From NCBI GenBank assembly GCA_964473795.1, contig CAYYQT010000003.1, positions 1 to 57,080 on the forward strand: a stretch of 57,080 nucleotides of DNA. Reading direction: 5' to 3'. A program made the position numbers and the translations under genes. The DNA comes from an uncultured Candidatus Saccharibacteria bacterium (GTDB lineage Bacteria; Patescibacteriota; Minisyncoccia; Phycocordibacterales; Phycocordibacteraceae). Position 1 is the first letter of the stretch; each line of letters starts with the position of its first letter. Positions 1 through 9,810 of the stretch are shown here, one piece after another. A model generated the notes under the pieces. That model searched no databases, was not told where the DNA came from, and worked only from the letters and a program-made list of their open reading frames with translations.

Positions 1-13
1 TGTGTGTGTGTGT
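1..13. repeat. (TG)n dinucleotide run at window edge
   Basis: The window opens with tgtgtgtgtgtgt and then diverges. The run may continue upstream of the window. Confidence 0.8.
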
Positions 14-94
14 AACATAACGGTTATTTGATGTCTTTAGTATATACCTGTTTAGTTTGTTGTGTTGTGTGGTTGGGGATAAGTTTTCTAGATG

Positions 95-165
95 TGCGGA
101 TAGGGAGAATCGAACTCCCACCTGATGCTTGGGAAGCATCTGTTCTACCACTAAACCATATCCGC
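95..165 (-). tRNA. tRNA-Gly (anticodon CCC)
   Basis: The reverse complement folds as a cloverleaf. Acceptor GCGGATA/TATCCGC, anticodon stem GATGC/GCATC with loop TTCCCAA (CCC), T arm GGGAG-TTCGATT-CTCCC, discriminator A. No CCA is encoded. Confidence 0.9.
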
Positions 166-173
166 ATTACGCA

Positions 174-554
174 CTATAAACCAACCCAACTTAGTATGTT
201 TTTCCACAAAGGTCTTTTTTCGCTGGTATCTTTCATAGTTTTTAGTGGAACAACTACAATCACCCTTTCGCCTGGACGAGCAACTCCAAAAGACATGCGT
301 ATAGCAGCGTCTTGTCCTCGAGGAGTTTTGAGTATTGCAATACTTTTCTCAAGGGCGCTTTGTCTAGACGACAGCACTTCTGATTGTTTTTGAGTTTCGT
401 TTGCTGTGTTCCATGCAAACTGAGCTTTACCAACAAGTCCAAAAATAAGAGACGCAAACCAAAAAGAAAGAAGTATCAGAACCGCTGCAATCACACCATG
501 CTTAATATGGTCTTGGTACGTACTGCGCACTGATTTTCGAACGTATTGTGACAT
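174..554 (-). CDS. FtsB/DivIC-like septum formation initiator (single-pass membrane, coiled coil)
   Basis: ORF 174..575, with the preferred ATG at 554 (MSQYV...). One N-terminal TM helix (VIAAVLILLSFWFASLIFGLV), then a heptad-like segment and an ...ARPGERVIVV tail, which is typical of this family. Confidence 0.55.
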   Translation of the reverse strand: MSQYVRKSVRSTYQDHIKHGVIAAVLILLSFWFASLIFGLVGKAQFAWNTANETQKQSEVLSSRQSALEKSIAILKTPRGQDAAIRMSFGVARPGERVIVVVPLKTMKDTSEKRPLWKNILSWVGL

Positions 555-604
555 GCTTTTATTATACCAGCACAAACAGACAGTATATATCTTGGTTTAT
601 TAAA

Positions 605-2410
605 CTATGAACGGTCACTATCTTGAACCATTTTCATAAACACTTCTTCTGGTATATCCACCTTTCCATGAGCTGCCATACGTTTCTTCCCTTTTTTCTG
701 TTTTTCAAGAAGCTTCATTTTTCGTGTTATGTCACCACCATAGAGATGCCCTGTTACATCTTTACGCATAGCGGAGAGTGTTTTTGAAGCAATAATTCTA
801 CCAAGTGCTTGTGCCTGTATTTTTGCTACAAAAAGTTGTTTGGGCAAAACTCCGTGCAGTTTTTCTACCATTCTGTCTGCTTCTTCCTGAACACGCCTTC
901 TTGAAACAACCCTTGCAAACGCAGGTACAGGCTCGTCTGCAACCAAAATCTCAAGTTTAACAACATCTGCAACCCTCTCATCAAGAAATTCGTACGACAA
1001 TGACGCATATCCTGACGATACGTTTTTAACTCTATCAAAAAATCCTCTCATAAGTTCGCGCAATGGCATCTCAGCAACAAGCTCGGTACGTCCATCTATG
1101 TAGTTCTCTGTTGCAATAACAACAGCTTCATGGTCATGAAATAACTGTAATAATCCTGAAAGAGATGCTGGTGGAGTTATTAGTATTACTTTTACCCACG
1201 GTTCTTCAATTGCCGCGATGTCTCCAAAATCGGGGAAACGTGATGGTGTATATATAGTTTCTCTTTTGCCTTTTTTTGTAACAATTGTATATGAGATAGT
1301 AGGTATTGTTACGATAAGTTTAAGAGAAAACTCCCTACGTAAACGTTCTGTGATTATTTCCAAATGTAACATTCCTAGGAAACCGCACCGAAAACCACGT
1401 CCAAGCACTCCAGACGCTTCTTCTTCAAACGAAAGAGACGAGTCTGACAAACGCAGACGTCCAAGTGCTTGTCGTAACTCAGACAAATCATTTTGGTTTT
1501 CAGGATATACAGAAGCCCATACAACAGGTCGTGGAATATCAAAACCAGATAAGGCTGGTAAAGCACCCCTATGAGCTCCCACAGTATCTCCAACAGCAAC
1601 AATACCCGGCTCTTTTATTCCAGTTACAATATAACCAATCTCCCCAGCAGAAAGTTCGTCGACAGGTGTTTTGTCTGGCGCAAATATACCAACCTCAAGA
1701 GCGTTAAAGTTTTTACCAGCCGCACGAAAAGTAAGCGCTGTGCTTTTTTTCAATGTCCCATCAAAAACTCGAGTGAAAACAGTAATTCCTCTATGTGTTG
1801 AGTACGAAAAATCAAAAATGAGGGCTCTAGGTTCGTCAGAAGTAGATTCCCTAGGAGCTGGAACACGCTCAACAACAGCCTCGAGTAATTCGTCGACACC
1901 GTCACCAGTACGTCCAGACACAGCAAGAACATCATCAGTTGAAACATCTAACAAATTAGCGATCTCTTCTTTAACCTCATCTGCTCTTGAGTATGGAGAA
2001 TCTATCTTAGATATTACTGGTATTATTTTACAACCAGCAGCTCTTGCCATAGACAGTGTTGTTAGTGTTTGTGCCTGGACACCCTGCGTTGAGTCTACAA
2101 GTAGCAACACACCTTCTACAGCCTTTAGAGCGCGCGAAACTTCGTATGCAAAATCAATATGCCCAGGAGTATCAATTAAATTAAAAACATAACTACTACC
2201 GTCTTTGGCAGAGTAATTCATGCGCGCTGGCTGCATTTTAATTGTTATACCTCGCTCTCTTTCCAAATCCATATTATCCAAAACCTGATCACGCATTTTT
2301 CGTGGGTCTATAGTTCCAGTTCGTTCAAGAAGCCTGTCGGCCAAAGTTGATTTACCATGGTCGATATGGGCAATAATACTGAAGTTTCTGATTGAATTAG
2401 TTTTTATCAT
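605..2410 (-). CDS. lepA: Elongation factor 4 (LepA)
   Basis: 601 aa. GTPase motifs AHIDHGKST, DTPGHIDF and SKID, EF-G-like domains and a LepA-type C-terminus. The start overlaps the murJ stop (ATGA at 2407-2410). Confidence 0.95.
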   Translation of the reverse strand: MIKTNSIRNFSIIAHIDHGKSTLADRLLERTGTIDPRKMRDQVLDNMDLERERGITIKMQPARMNYSAKDGSSYVFNLIDTPGHIDFAYEVSRALKAVEGVLLLVDSTQGVQAQTLTTLSMARAAGCKIIPVISKIDSPYSRADEVKEEIANLLDVSTDDVLAVSGRTGDGVDELLEAVVERVPAPRESTSDEPRALIFDFSYSTHRGITVFTRVFDGTLKKSTALTFRAAGKNFNALEVGIFAPDKTPVDELSAGEIGYIVTGIKEPGIVAVGDTVGAHRGALPALSGFDIPRPVVWASVYPENQNDLSELRQALGRLRLSDSSLSFEEEASGVLGRGFRCGFLGMLHLEIITERLRREFSLKLIVTIPTISYTIVTKKGKRETIYTPSRFPDFGDIAAIEEPWVKVILITPPASLSGLLQLFHDHEAVVIATENYIDGRTELVAEMPLRELMRGFFDRVKNVSSGYASLSYEFLDERVADVVKLEILVADEPVPAFARVVSRRRVQEEADRMVEKLHGVLPKQLFVAKIQAQALGRIIASKTLSAMRKDVTGHLYGGDITRKMKLLEKQKKGKKRMAAHGKVDIPEEVFMKMVQDSDRS

Positions 2411-4071
2411 GAAGCGCCAAATGTAGGTAGAATCCCGCGTTTTTTAGCAAAACGATGAACAGCTATGCTCATATCCTTGAATTCTTGATTACGTAGTAGT
2501 ACTAATACTGCCACAACGATGACAACACCAACAATACCAGCTATCAGCCCTTGCGTGAAGACCGCCACTAATGTGGTGAGTGGTGCGATATTTCCCATGA
2601 ATACAAGAGTCACATATGCAGATGCCCCACCTAAAGCAGACGCAACTATACCTTGTGTAAACGGACGTACAAGTGAACTGTTAAAACCTGGGGCAACTTG
2701 CCTCATTGCTAACAACAAACATGCAGTTGTTACTAACTGTCCGAGTACAATAGCAAGTGCAAAAATCAATACTATATTTCCAGACACGTTTCCAACACGC
2801 AGGATAGAACCAAACAACGAAAGCATTTCACCAGCTCTATGTAAATAAAACAAACCTCCAGCGGCTGTTACTATAGAAATAATTCCACCGATTGTTTGGT
2901 AAGCAAGAGGACGCCATGACTGATGCGCAGCATACAGTGCTCGTGATAACAAAAGTATCAAACCCTGCGCGGCAAGAGCAACAACAAGAATCGCAAAAAC
3001 AGCTGCCGTTAACCGCGTATCACTCCAGTCAAAACGCCCAGTCCCTAAAATAATTCTCACAAGATGAGCACGCAACACTATGGCAAGACCAAATACAATT
3101 GTTGACCAAAGCACCAAGTGCTTTGCAGCAGCTGAAAGAACGCGTGCAAATTCCTTTTTATCACCCTTACCAGACAGCTCAGAAAGTACTGGGAAAGCAG
3201 CAACTGCATATGACGCGCCAATAAGTGCTAATGGCACAGCTTCTAGATTAGTGGCAAATGTAAATACAGATATCGCCCCTTCACCAGCACGTGCGGCAAG
3301 AACCGTTATGGCAAAAATAACTACAGACCCAACACTAAGAGTTAACGTTCTAGGAACGGAATCATGCATAATCGGCTTCATAATTTTCCACGATGGAATA
3401 ACGAGACGTGGAATAAGTTTTGCATGCATTACAACAGGTACATGAACAGCCAAATACGCAAGTGAGCCAAGTATTACCCCATAACCAATTCCAATCAGCC
3501 CAAACCTTGGATATAAAACAACAGCTCCAAAAATAATACCTAAGTTATAAAATACTGGAGACAATGCATAAATTAAGAAACGTCTATGTACCTGTGTCAC
3601 ACTAGCAAGTACTCCAGAAAGACCTAGTAAAATAGGCTGCAATAGCAACAGTCTTGTTAGAGCCACAAACGCATCAAAGTTAGGTAACGACACAAAACTA
3701 GGGAAAAATAACGCGAGTATCTGAGGCGCTGCGATAGCAACAACGACAGATATTGCTCCACCAAAAATCAACAAAAATGACGAAGTGTGCGAAATCAATT
3801 TCTTTGCGTCTTCTTGTGAATCACTTGCAATACGCGGGATTAAAACGTACGCAGACACAAGAGATGCAACAAGTGTAAACACCAAATCTGGGATTTTAAA
3901 CGCAGCATAATACAAATCCAAAGACGTCGATGCACCAAAGATATGTGCAAATGTACGATCACGTATAAGCGCAAGTGCTTGTGATGCAAGAGTTAGGGCC
4001 GCAAGCAAATACGCCGCCTGGTGAAGACCTCGTATTGGTGTTGCTAAACGTTGTAAAAACTTACGAACCAT
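2407..4071 (-). CDS. murJ: Lipid II flippase MurJ/MviN
   Basis: 554 aa polytopic membrane protein (about 14 TM). The N-terminal ...LIRDRTFAHIFGAS..LDLYYAAFKIPDLVF block is characteristic of MurJ. Ends with TGA. Confidence 0.85.
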   Translation of the reverse strand: MVRKFLQRLATPIRGLHQAAYLLAALTLASQALALIRDRTFAHIFGASTSLDLYYAAFKIPDLVFTLVASLVSAYVLIPRIASDSQEDAKKLISHTSSFLLIFGGAISVVVAIAAPQILALFFPSFVSLPNFDAFVALTRLLLLQPILLGLSGVLASVTQVHRRFLIYALSPVFYNLGIIFGAVVLYPRFGLIGIGYGVILGSLAYLAVHVPVVMHAKLIPRLVIPSWKIMKPIMHDSVPRTLTLSVGSVVIFAITVLAARAGEGAISVFTFATNLEAVPLALIGASYAVAAFPVLSELSGKGDKKEFARVLSAAAKHLVLWSTIVFGLAIVLRAHLVRIILGTGRFDWSDTRLTAAVFAILVVALAAQGLILLLSRALYAAHQSWRPLAYQTIGGIISIVTAAGGLFYLHRAGEMLSLFGSILRVGNVSGNIVLIFALAIVLGQLVTTACLLLAMRQVAPGFNSSLVRPFTQGIVASALGGASAYVTLVFMGNIAPLTTLVAVFTQGLIAGIVGVVIVVAVLVLLRNQEFKDMSIAVHRFAKKRGILPTFGAS

Positions 4072-4076
4072 AAAAA

Positions 4077-6485
4077 CTATTTACTAGAAGATACCTTTGT
4101 TGTTTTTTTACCTACAAATGGACTTTTTTGATTAACAACAAATGGATTATTACCATTTTTCAACACGGATATGTATTTTTTAACAGACTTTGCATTACTT
4201 GATGACATTGACGCAATACTTTTTAATTGAGTAAGTGCTTTCTTATATTCTTTATTATGTGCATAAGCTATAGCTAAGAAGTATCTTGCATTTGCATATT
4301 TTGGGCTGATTTTTACTGATTTCGACAAGCTTTCGATAGCACCAGTAAAGTCACCCAAGTTTTGCTTCAATACTCCAACCTGAAACAAAACAACTGGATT
4401 ATTTGGCGCAAGACTTGCAGCAGACTCCGCTGCTTTTAGTGCATTTTTTGTTTTCCCAAGTACTGCTTCTACTTGCGAATACAAGAGAAATGCAGGTGCA
4501 TAGTCCCCTTTAAGAGACATTGTGTCATTCAAAAAACCTTCAGCTTCTTTATACGATTTATTTGAAACAGAAATCTGAGCAAGAATAAACGGTACAATCG
4601 GGCTTGTTGGATTTAATTTTTGCGCTGTTTTATAAGAATCCATTGCCGCCTTATAAGCGCCTGGAGCGCCTATCGATATAACAGACTTGTAAGCGTTACC
4701 GAGTGAATACCAATTATCAAACGAGTTTGGATTAAGTTGTATTGCCGCGTTACCTGAAGCTATTGTTTGAGTAAGCACAGCTTGCAGTTTGTTGCGAGTC
4801 TCTTTTGTTGGTTTTTTTGTATCTTTTTCGATTTTTTGTATATATGCAATTCCTATCGCAACTTTTGTACGATACGCGCCGTCCGTTTGTGCTGTTAATA
4901 ATGATTTATTTATAGCAATATCTGCTCCTTGTAAATCACCTATAACAAGCGCGTTTTGTGCTCGCAACATTTCTACACGAGCTATATAGCTCTCTACAAC
5001 AAAATAAGCAATCAGTGTTGTAGCTACGATTACTGCAATTATAGATACGATTGCGATTATTCCAGTCTTTGTGTTTTTAGAAAATAAAATTACCCTTTCT
5101 TTTTGTGGTTCAAAATATTTAAGAATAGAGACAAACAACCCAACAATCACAAAACCAAAAATAATTATAGCTGGTCCAGGAACAACAAAAATAAACTCGG
5201 TCAGAAAATATATCGCTCCAACAAATACAACAAAGGCTATCCTGTTTATACTTTCGTCATTGGTTCTACGAAAAATCAATGCTCGTATTCCAAAAAATAC
5301 AAAAAATGCCAGAAATGCAATCCACGCAATAATCCCTACAATACCAGTAGTTACAAATGAGGTAGGTATAAAACCAACACCATTTACAAAATTAGTATTC
5401 CAAAACTGAGTAGCGTTTAGTCTACTGTCACGAAAACTTAACCAATCTTGACCGAATGTGTTTGGTCCAGAACCAAACACATAAGACTGTCCGTACACCT
5501 GACTTCCTATAGACATTGTTGATTCAAAAGACGGACGTACACTATTTACACTCCAAACTCCAGACATTATCGATGAGCCGCCAACAATGAACACCACAGA
5601 AGTAATGAGAACAACGGCTGGTGCGATAAGGCGGGCTTTTTTAGAATTAGACGTGGTATTTTTCACTGTCTCTTCTATAGGCATTGAAAATATGTCATTA
5701 ACAAATTCTTCTGTTGTATTTTCATTAAAACTCTTATGCTGGATAATTCTTTCAACCAACAAACACGTTGCTATTATAGCCACAAGAATCCATGTTGTTG
5801 TTGAGTTTGATATTGCTATGAAAAGTAATTCTATAAAAAGTACTACTCGTAGAATTTTTTGTGTACGCAAAGTTGTGTCCATAAAACGATACATAAAAAG
5901 TATCGCAATTACAGCAAATCCAGACAGTATTCCAAGATCATAAAATGAACCGACTATAGATACATTTGAATTAATATATGTCTTGGCAAACAAAGATATT
6001 ACAAGTAAAACAACTTGCAGTGCAATAACAGACACAGTAAGCACAATACCCGCACGGTAAAGCAACTTGTATTGTTTTATGTTACGAACCAAAACAGCCC
6101 CAAGTGTTGCAAAAAAAGCAGCAAGTACTATAAAAACAAGAGTATCCGACTCTAGTACATTTCCAAAAACAGTAACTGATGTTGGTGTACTAGAAAATAA
6201 TGCAGACAACACATACGCAATTGGTACAAGCCACAAAATACCAACAGTCAGTAGTCTTGGTAAGGTTATACTACCTCGCAAAAGCTGAATTAACGCATAC
6301 ACAACAAACACAACAGCACCTCCGAGCACAAACAACGAAGTCTTTGTATACAAGAACGGAACAGATGATGATGGTATAAAAGTAACTACACCAAGAAAAA
6401 TTGTAGCTAAAAAGGTATATAACAAGATACTTTCTACCCGTTTTTGTAATGTGATGTTAAGTAAAAATTTTTCTTTTAAAGACAT
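4077..6485 (-). CDS. O-antigen ligase/Wzy-like polytopic membrane protein fused to C-terminal TPR repeats
   Basis: 802 aa. The N-terminal ~500 aa are highly hydrophobic with many TM helices and one larger loop. The C-terminal ~250 aa show TPR-like A/Y/L periodicity (..WYSLGNAYKSV.., ..YKEAEGFL.., ..ARYFLAIAYAH..). Lies directly downstream of murJ. Confidence 0.6.
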   Translation of the reverse strand: MSLKEKFLLNITLQKRVESILLYTFLATIFLGVVTFIPSSSVPFLYTKTSLFVLGGAVVFVVYALIQLLRGSITLPRLLTVGILWLVPIAYVLSALFSSTPTSVTVFGNVLESDTLVFIVLAAFFATLGAVLVRNIKQYKLLYRAGIVLTVSVIALQVVLLVISLFAKTYINSNVSIVGSFYDLGILSGFAVIAILFMYRFMDTTLRTQKILRVVLFIELLFIAISNSTTTWILVAIIATCLLVERIIQHKSFNENTTEEFVNDIFSMPIEETVKNTTSNSKKARLIAPAVVLITSVVFIVGGSSIMSGVWSVNSVRPSFESTMSIGSQVYGQSYVFGSGPNTFGQDWLSFRDSRLNATQFWNTNFVNGVGFIPTSFVTTGIVGIIAWIAFLAFFVFFGIRALIFRRTNDESINRIAFVVFVGAIYFLTEFIFVVPGPAIIIFGFVIVGLFVSILKYFEPQKERVILFSKNTKTGIIAIVSIIAVIVATTLIAYFVVESYIARVEMLRAQNALVIGDLQGADIAINKSLLTAQTDGAYRTKVAIGIAYIQKIEKDTKKPTKETRNKLQAVLTQTIASGNAAIQLNPNSFDNWYSLGNAYKSVISIGAPGAYKAAMDSYKTAQKLNPTSPIVPFILAQISVSNKSYKEAEGFLNDTMSLKGDYAPAFLLYSQVEAVLGKTKNALKAAESAASLAPNNPVVLFQVGVLKQNLGDFTGAIESLSKSVKISPKYANARYFLAIAYAHNKEYKKALTQLKSIASMSSSNAKSVKKYISVLKNGNNPFVVNQKSPFVGKKTTKVSSSK

Positions 6486-6581
6486 GAAGTGTGTTCTCTG
6501 TTATGTTGGCAATTACTAATTGTATTAGTTTAGTGTAACAGATATACATATGTTACGTTTATAATTTTCCACCAGATTAGC

Positions 6582-6617
6582 AAAAATCCAACCACGATTA
6601 ACGTAGGTTGGATTTTT
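6582..6617 (-). terminator. Rho-independent terminator hairpin downstream of rnpB
   Basis: aaaaatccaacc (6582-6593) and ggttggattttt (6605-6616) are perfect complements around an 11-nt loop. On the minus strand the stem runs into a U-tract. Confidence 0.7.
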
Positions 6618-6620
6618 ACT

Positions 6621-6960
6621 AAACTGAGCTGATAAGCCGAATTCTGTCTTACTTAAATTAATAAGATAAGTACGATCATCTATCTGGGACTAAAGTTACC
6701 AATAGCCTCGAGCGGCGCTCCCAGACAAGCTGGGTACGGCCTTGCACAGAAGTAAGGATTTTGCCGTTTCACTCGTGTGTTTCCACACGATTCTTCCATA
6801 AGGAAGTCTAGCCCTTTCGGGGTTGACGTCACTGCTCGCACCTCTCGCCTCACGACGGACGGGCGTTACCCGCTACTGTCCTGCTGTGTATAAATACTCA
6901 GCCTGTGTTCGGACTTTCCTCTCTGAAACAAAAGTTACAGAGTAATCGTATTGCTCAGTC
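6621..6960 (-). ncRNA. rnpB: RNase P RNA (bacterial type A-like)
   Basis: The minus strand carries the universal blocks GAGGAAAGUCCGAAC (rc of 6907-6921), GGUAACGCCCG, GUGAAACGG, CCCAGAUAGAUGA and ACAGAAUUCGGCUUAUC (rc of 6631-6647). The ends pair as P1 (ACUGAGC/GCUCAGU). It is a GC-rich island with no ORF in AT-rich DNA. Ends are approximate to +/-5 nt. Confidence 0.9.
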
Positions 6961-7000
6961 TTTTTCTATTATGCAATAAAAACCTATTATAAGCAAATAT

Positions 7001-7031
7001 AAAAATAACCACACAAAGTGTGGTGATTTTT
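7001..7031 (-). terminator. Rho-independent terminator of nrdJ
   Basis: Stem accacac/gtgtggt (7008-7014 / 7018-7024) with AT extensions, followed by a U-rich run on the minus strand just after the nrdJ stop. Confidence 0.6.
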
Positions 7032-7045
7032 ATACTCAATAAACC

Positions 7046-9415
7046 TTAGATGATATCGCAAGTACCACTCACACACGCTAACTCACGCTTTAATTCTGTT
7101 TCATCATGTTTTTCGTACAAGAACAACTTTGCATAGTCAATTTCTGGAAACTCTTTTGACAGTTCTTCATATCTTTCTTTTGTAATTTCTTCATATGGAG
7201 CTAATTTATATACATAGTCAGAACGTGGAAGGAAAGATAGTCCGCCTACTATGTCCCAATTTTCATATACCCAATTAGCTACCTGAATCCATTCATCATC
7301 ACCAACAGACACTGTTACAGATGGATTATGTTCTGTATAATTTTGCTTAACAAGTTTCCAATGCTCCAACTGGTCAAGTGCCGTCATATCGTTTTTTGTA
7401 ACGGCACCGTCTGGTGATTTTACAGGGAAATCAAATACATATGTGTTTGCGTCATCAACACCCTGTCCAACTTCTGGATTAAATGGAACACCTTGGTCCT
7501 TAAGCATTTTAAACAATGAATCTGTAGCACTTATTCTGATACGTCGAATGTAGTAGGCAGAGTTTCGCGGATGCATACCAGACGAAACATCAAACGTTTG
7601 TGATACCGTACCGGATGGTTTAACTGCTGTAATAGACATGGATTCATTAACACCAAAACGTTTTGCGTACTTTTTGTTTGTTTTAATTGTTTCTGCACGC
7701 ATTAATTTTAGAGTTTTTTCATCACGAACAGCTTTTGAGTCCCACTGACCAGTAACAGAAACTCCCAGTAATGTTTCGGCTTCACAATTGTTTTTCCATT
7801 CTTTAGATAAATATCCAAAGTTAGTAAGTGTTGATTGATACGTTCCTATAATAGTTGCAATACGCGCCTTTTTAACAAGAGTCTCTGTTGTGTCATCGTT
7901 ACGAGCGATAACTTCTGATAGGTTACAAAACTGTTTTGATTTCAAAATTATTTCTCCACACGGGTTTGTACCAGGCAGACCAACAATACTTCCGTTTTTT
8001 ATATAGCCAGTTTCTTCCCATTTTTTTATACGGCGCGCTGGTAACTGTTTAATCAAACTCCCTCGGTTAAATATTCCTCGCTCTCCAGACTGAGACTTCA
8101 TAAGCGCAACCCATTCTTCCATAAACTCTGTGTTTGATGGTTTTTCTAAATATACAGCAGAGTTATTAGCAATTGAACGGTGAGGGTCTGTTACATAAAA
8201 CTGACCTTTTTTTGCATCACGCAAGTTAGTGTCATCTAGGTCAGACAGTGAAATCATTGCACTGCGACGTACACCACCAGCAACAACACACTCGCCTATT
8301 TTACAAATTATGTCATGCACATCTATATTTCTGAGTCTACGACCTTGGTGTGACATAACGCGCTCACGAACAAACAACAGAAGTGAACGAAGTGGTTCTG
8401 GTCCAGACGCTTTGCCACCCATTACCTTAAGACGTGCACCTGCTGGACGTATTTTTGAATAATCAAAATCAACATCACTGCCGTTATACCAAGATTTAAC
8501 TCCGTGAGTTAAAGCGTCGCACCACCCCTCTTTTGAATCGCCAATTACATATGTTGGGAGCTTGTCGCCCGCTTGATGTTTAATTTGTGGAAATGCTTGT
8601 ACGTTTGCGCTTTCAACAGAATACCCAACTCCAGTACCACACATCGAGATGTACATTATCTCTGCAAAATCAGTGAGTTTATTTGGAGCCATATATGAAC
8701 AGTTATAAGCAGCAACATTACAACGACGAACCGCATCACCAGCAAATTGCATGAGTCGCATTGATGGCATTACTTGCTGAGTTAAAATCGCCTCTCGTAT
8801 TTCTGTATACTCTTTTTCATTTAGTTTCTTTCCTAGGTTCTCACGCATTAAGGTTACGTAACGGTCAACTGTCTCAACCCAAGTTTCTCTACGTGATTCG
8901 TTTGGAATCCATTTTGCATATGACCTCAAGTAGACAAATTCTCCCAAAGGATTGTTTTTAAAATATTTCTTACTTTCTTTTGTGAGCTCACGAACACGCT
9001 CTGGTACGTCGTTTTGCACGGAACGTAACTGAGCTCTTTTATCTCGATACAATATAAACGATTTTGCAGATGCAATAAAATCGTTAAGCATTAGCTGTTT
9101 CTCTACTGAGTCTTGAATACCCTCAACAGTTGGAAGGAACGTTTTGTACTTCTTCGAAAATCTAGCAAGCTCTCCAGCAACTTGATGGGCTAGCAGAATG
9201 GCATCTTCGTGACTTCCTTCGCCAGACTCAATCATTGACTTATGAATAGCGTTTATTATTTTTTCAAACTCAAATGGAGCTAGTTTTCCATCTCTCTTTT
9301 CAATTTGCGGAACTAACTCTTGGTATTTTTTAGTTTCCTTAATATTACTTTTTGGCTCGACACTTTTTTTATCTGGAGTTGAAACTGAAATAGTGGATGT
9401 TTTTGTCTTTGCCAT
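7046..9415 (-). CDS. nrdJ: Class II (adenosylcobalamin-dependent) ribonucleotide reductase with N-terminal ATP-cone
   Basis: ORF 7046..9451, with the preferred ATG at 9415 (MAKTKT...). ATP-cone (VEKRDGKLAPFEFEKIINAIHKS), active-site loop TNPCGEI and a C-terminal redox cysteine pair CVSGTCDII. No nrdB-like partner gene is adjacent. Confidence 0.85.
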   Translation of the reverse strand: MAKTKTSTISVSTPDKKSVEPKSNIKETKKYQELVPQIEKRDGKLAPFEFEKIINAIHKSMIESGEGSHEDAILLAHQVAGELARFSKKYKTFLPTVEGIQDSVEKQLMLNDFIASAKSFILYRDKRAQLRSVQNDVPERVRELTKESKKYFKNNPLGEFVYLRSYAKWIPNESRRETWVETVDRYVTLMRENLGKKLNEKEYTEIREAILTQQVMPSMRLMQFAGDAVRRCNVAAYNCSYMAPNKLTDFAEIMYISMCGTGVGYSVESANVQAFPQIKHQAGDKLPTYVIGDSKEGWCDALTHGVKSWYNGSDVDFDYSKIRPAGARLKVMGGKASGPEPLRSLLLFVRERVMSHQGRRLRNIDVHDIICKIGECVVAGGVRRSAMISLSDLDDTNLRDAKKGQFYVTDPHRSIANNSAVYLEKPSNTEFMEEWVALMKSQSGERGIFNRGSLIKQLPARRIKKWEETGYIKNGSIVGLPGTNPCGEIILKSKQFCNLSEVIARNDDTTETLVKKARIATIIGTYQSTLTNFGYLSKEWKNNCEAETLLGVSVTGQWDSKAVRDEKTLKLMRAETIKTNKKYAKRFGVNESMSITAVKPSGTVSQTFDVSSGMHPRNSAYYIRRIRISATDSLFKMLKDQGVPFNPEVGQGVDDANTYVFDFPVKSPDGAVTKNDMTALDQLEHWKLVKQNYTEHNPSVTVSVGDDEWIQVANWVYENWDIVGGLSFLPRSDYVYKLAPYEEITKERYEELSKEFPEIDYAKLFLYEKHDETELKRELACVSGTCDII

Positions 9416-9532
9416 AAAGTGAAGATTGGGTTGATGATAATTGCGCCTCACGCGCCTCGTTCTATTGATTGTACTCCTACTCTACAATTACGTCTTGTGG
9501 ATAGCTGATTTTGAAACGTATTTGAAATGTTG

Positions 9533-9572
9533 CAACAACAAAATATATACAGTTTTTTATATTTTGTTGTTG
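9533..9572. promoter_or_regulatory. Perfect 15-bp inverted repeat in the nrdJ / ZIP divergent intergenic region
   Basis: caacaacaaaatata (9533-9547) and tatattttgttgttg (9558-9572) are exact reverse complements separated by 10 nt. The flanks ttgcaac / gttgcaa add a second imperfect layer. Confidence 0.5.
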
Positions 9573-9810
9573 TGTAAAGTTGCAAAAAATAAAACTAATG
9601 ACCTATATACTTATTATTCACAACCATACGTTATATATTGTCTTTAAATACTTAAACATCATTGGTAGCACATATGCTGTAATACCACACGCACCATAGA
9701 CAACACATACTAAACTGATTATGTATAAAGGACATCAAGAACACTACTGCCACACAGGCATTTCGAACGTGTCCTATAGAATATGATGATGTCTGTTATA
9801 ACACTATCCG

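Noticed and set aside
28-393. 121-aa plus-strand ORF at the window start
   Set aside because: It runs straight through tRNA-Gly (95-165) and is antisense to the FtsB-like gene. It has a hydrophobic junk composition and is most likely spurious.
1218-2192. Several 65-173-aa plus-strand ORFs inside lepA, and similar antisense ORFs inside murJ, nrdJ, recG, atp genes, uvrA/B and the giant gene
   Set aside because: All are antisense to strongly supported genes, have low-complexity or biased composition, and show no start-site signals. They are typical shadow ORFs.
9452-9810. Cobalamin riboswitch or NrdR-box pair upstream of nrdJ
   Set aside because: I found no B12-box (GCCACTG-like) or GGGAA/GGTG core. 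Only one weak 12/16 match to the NrdR box consensus (acgttatatattgtct, 9628-9643) is present, with no properly spaced partner. The evidence is insufficient.
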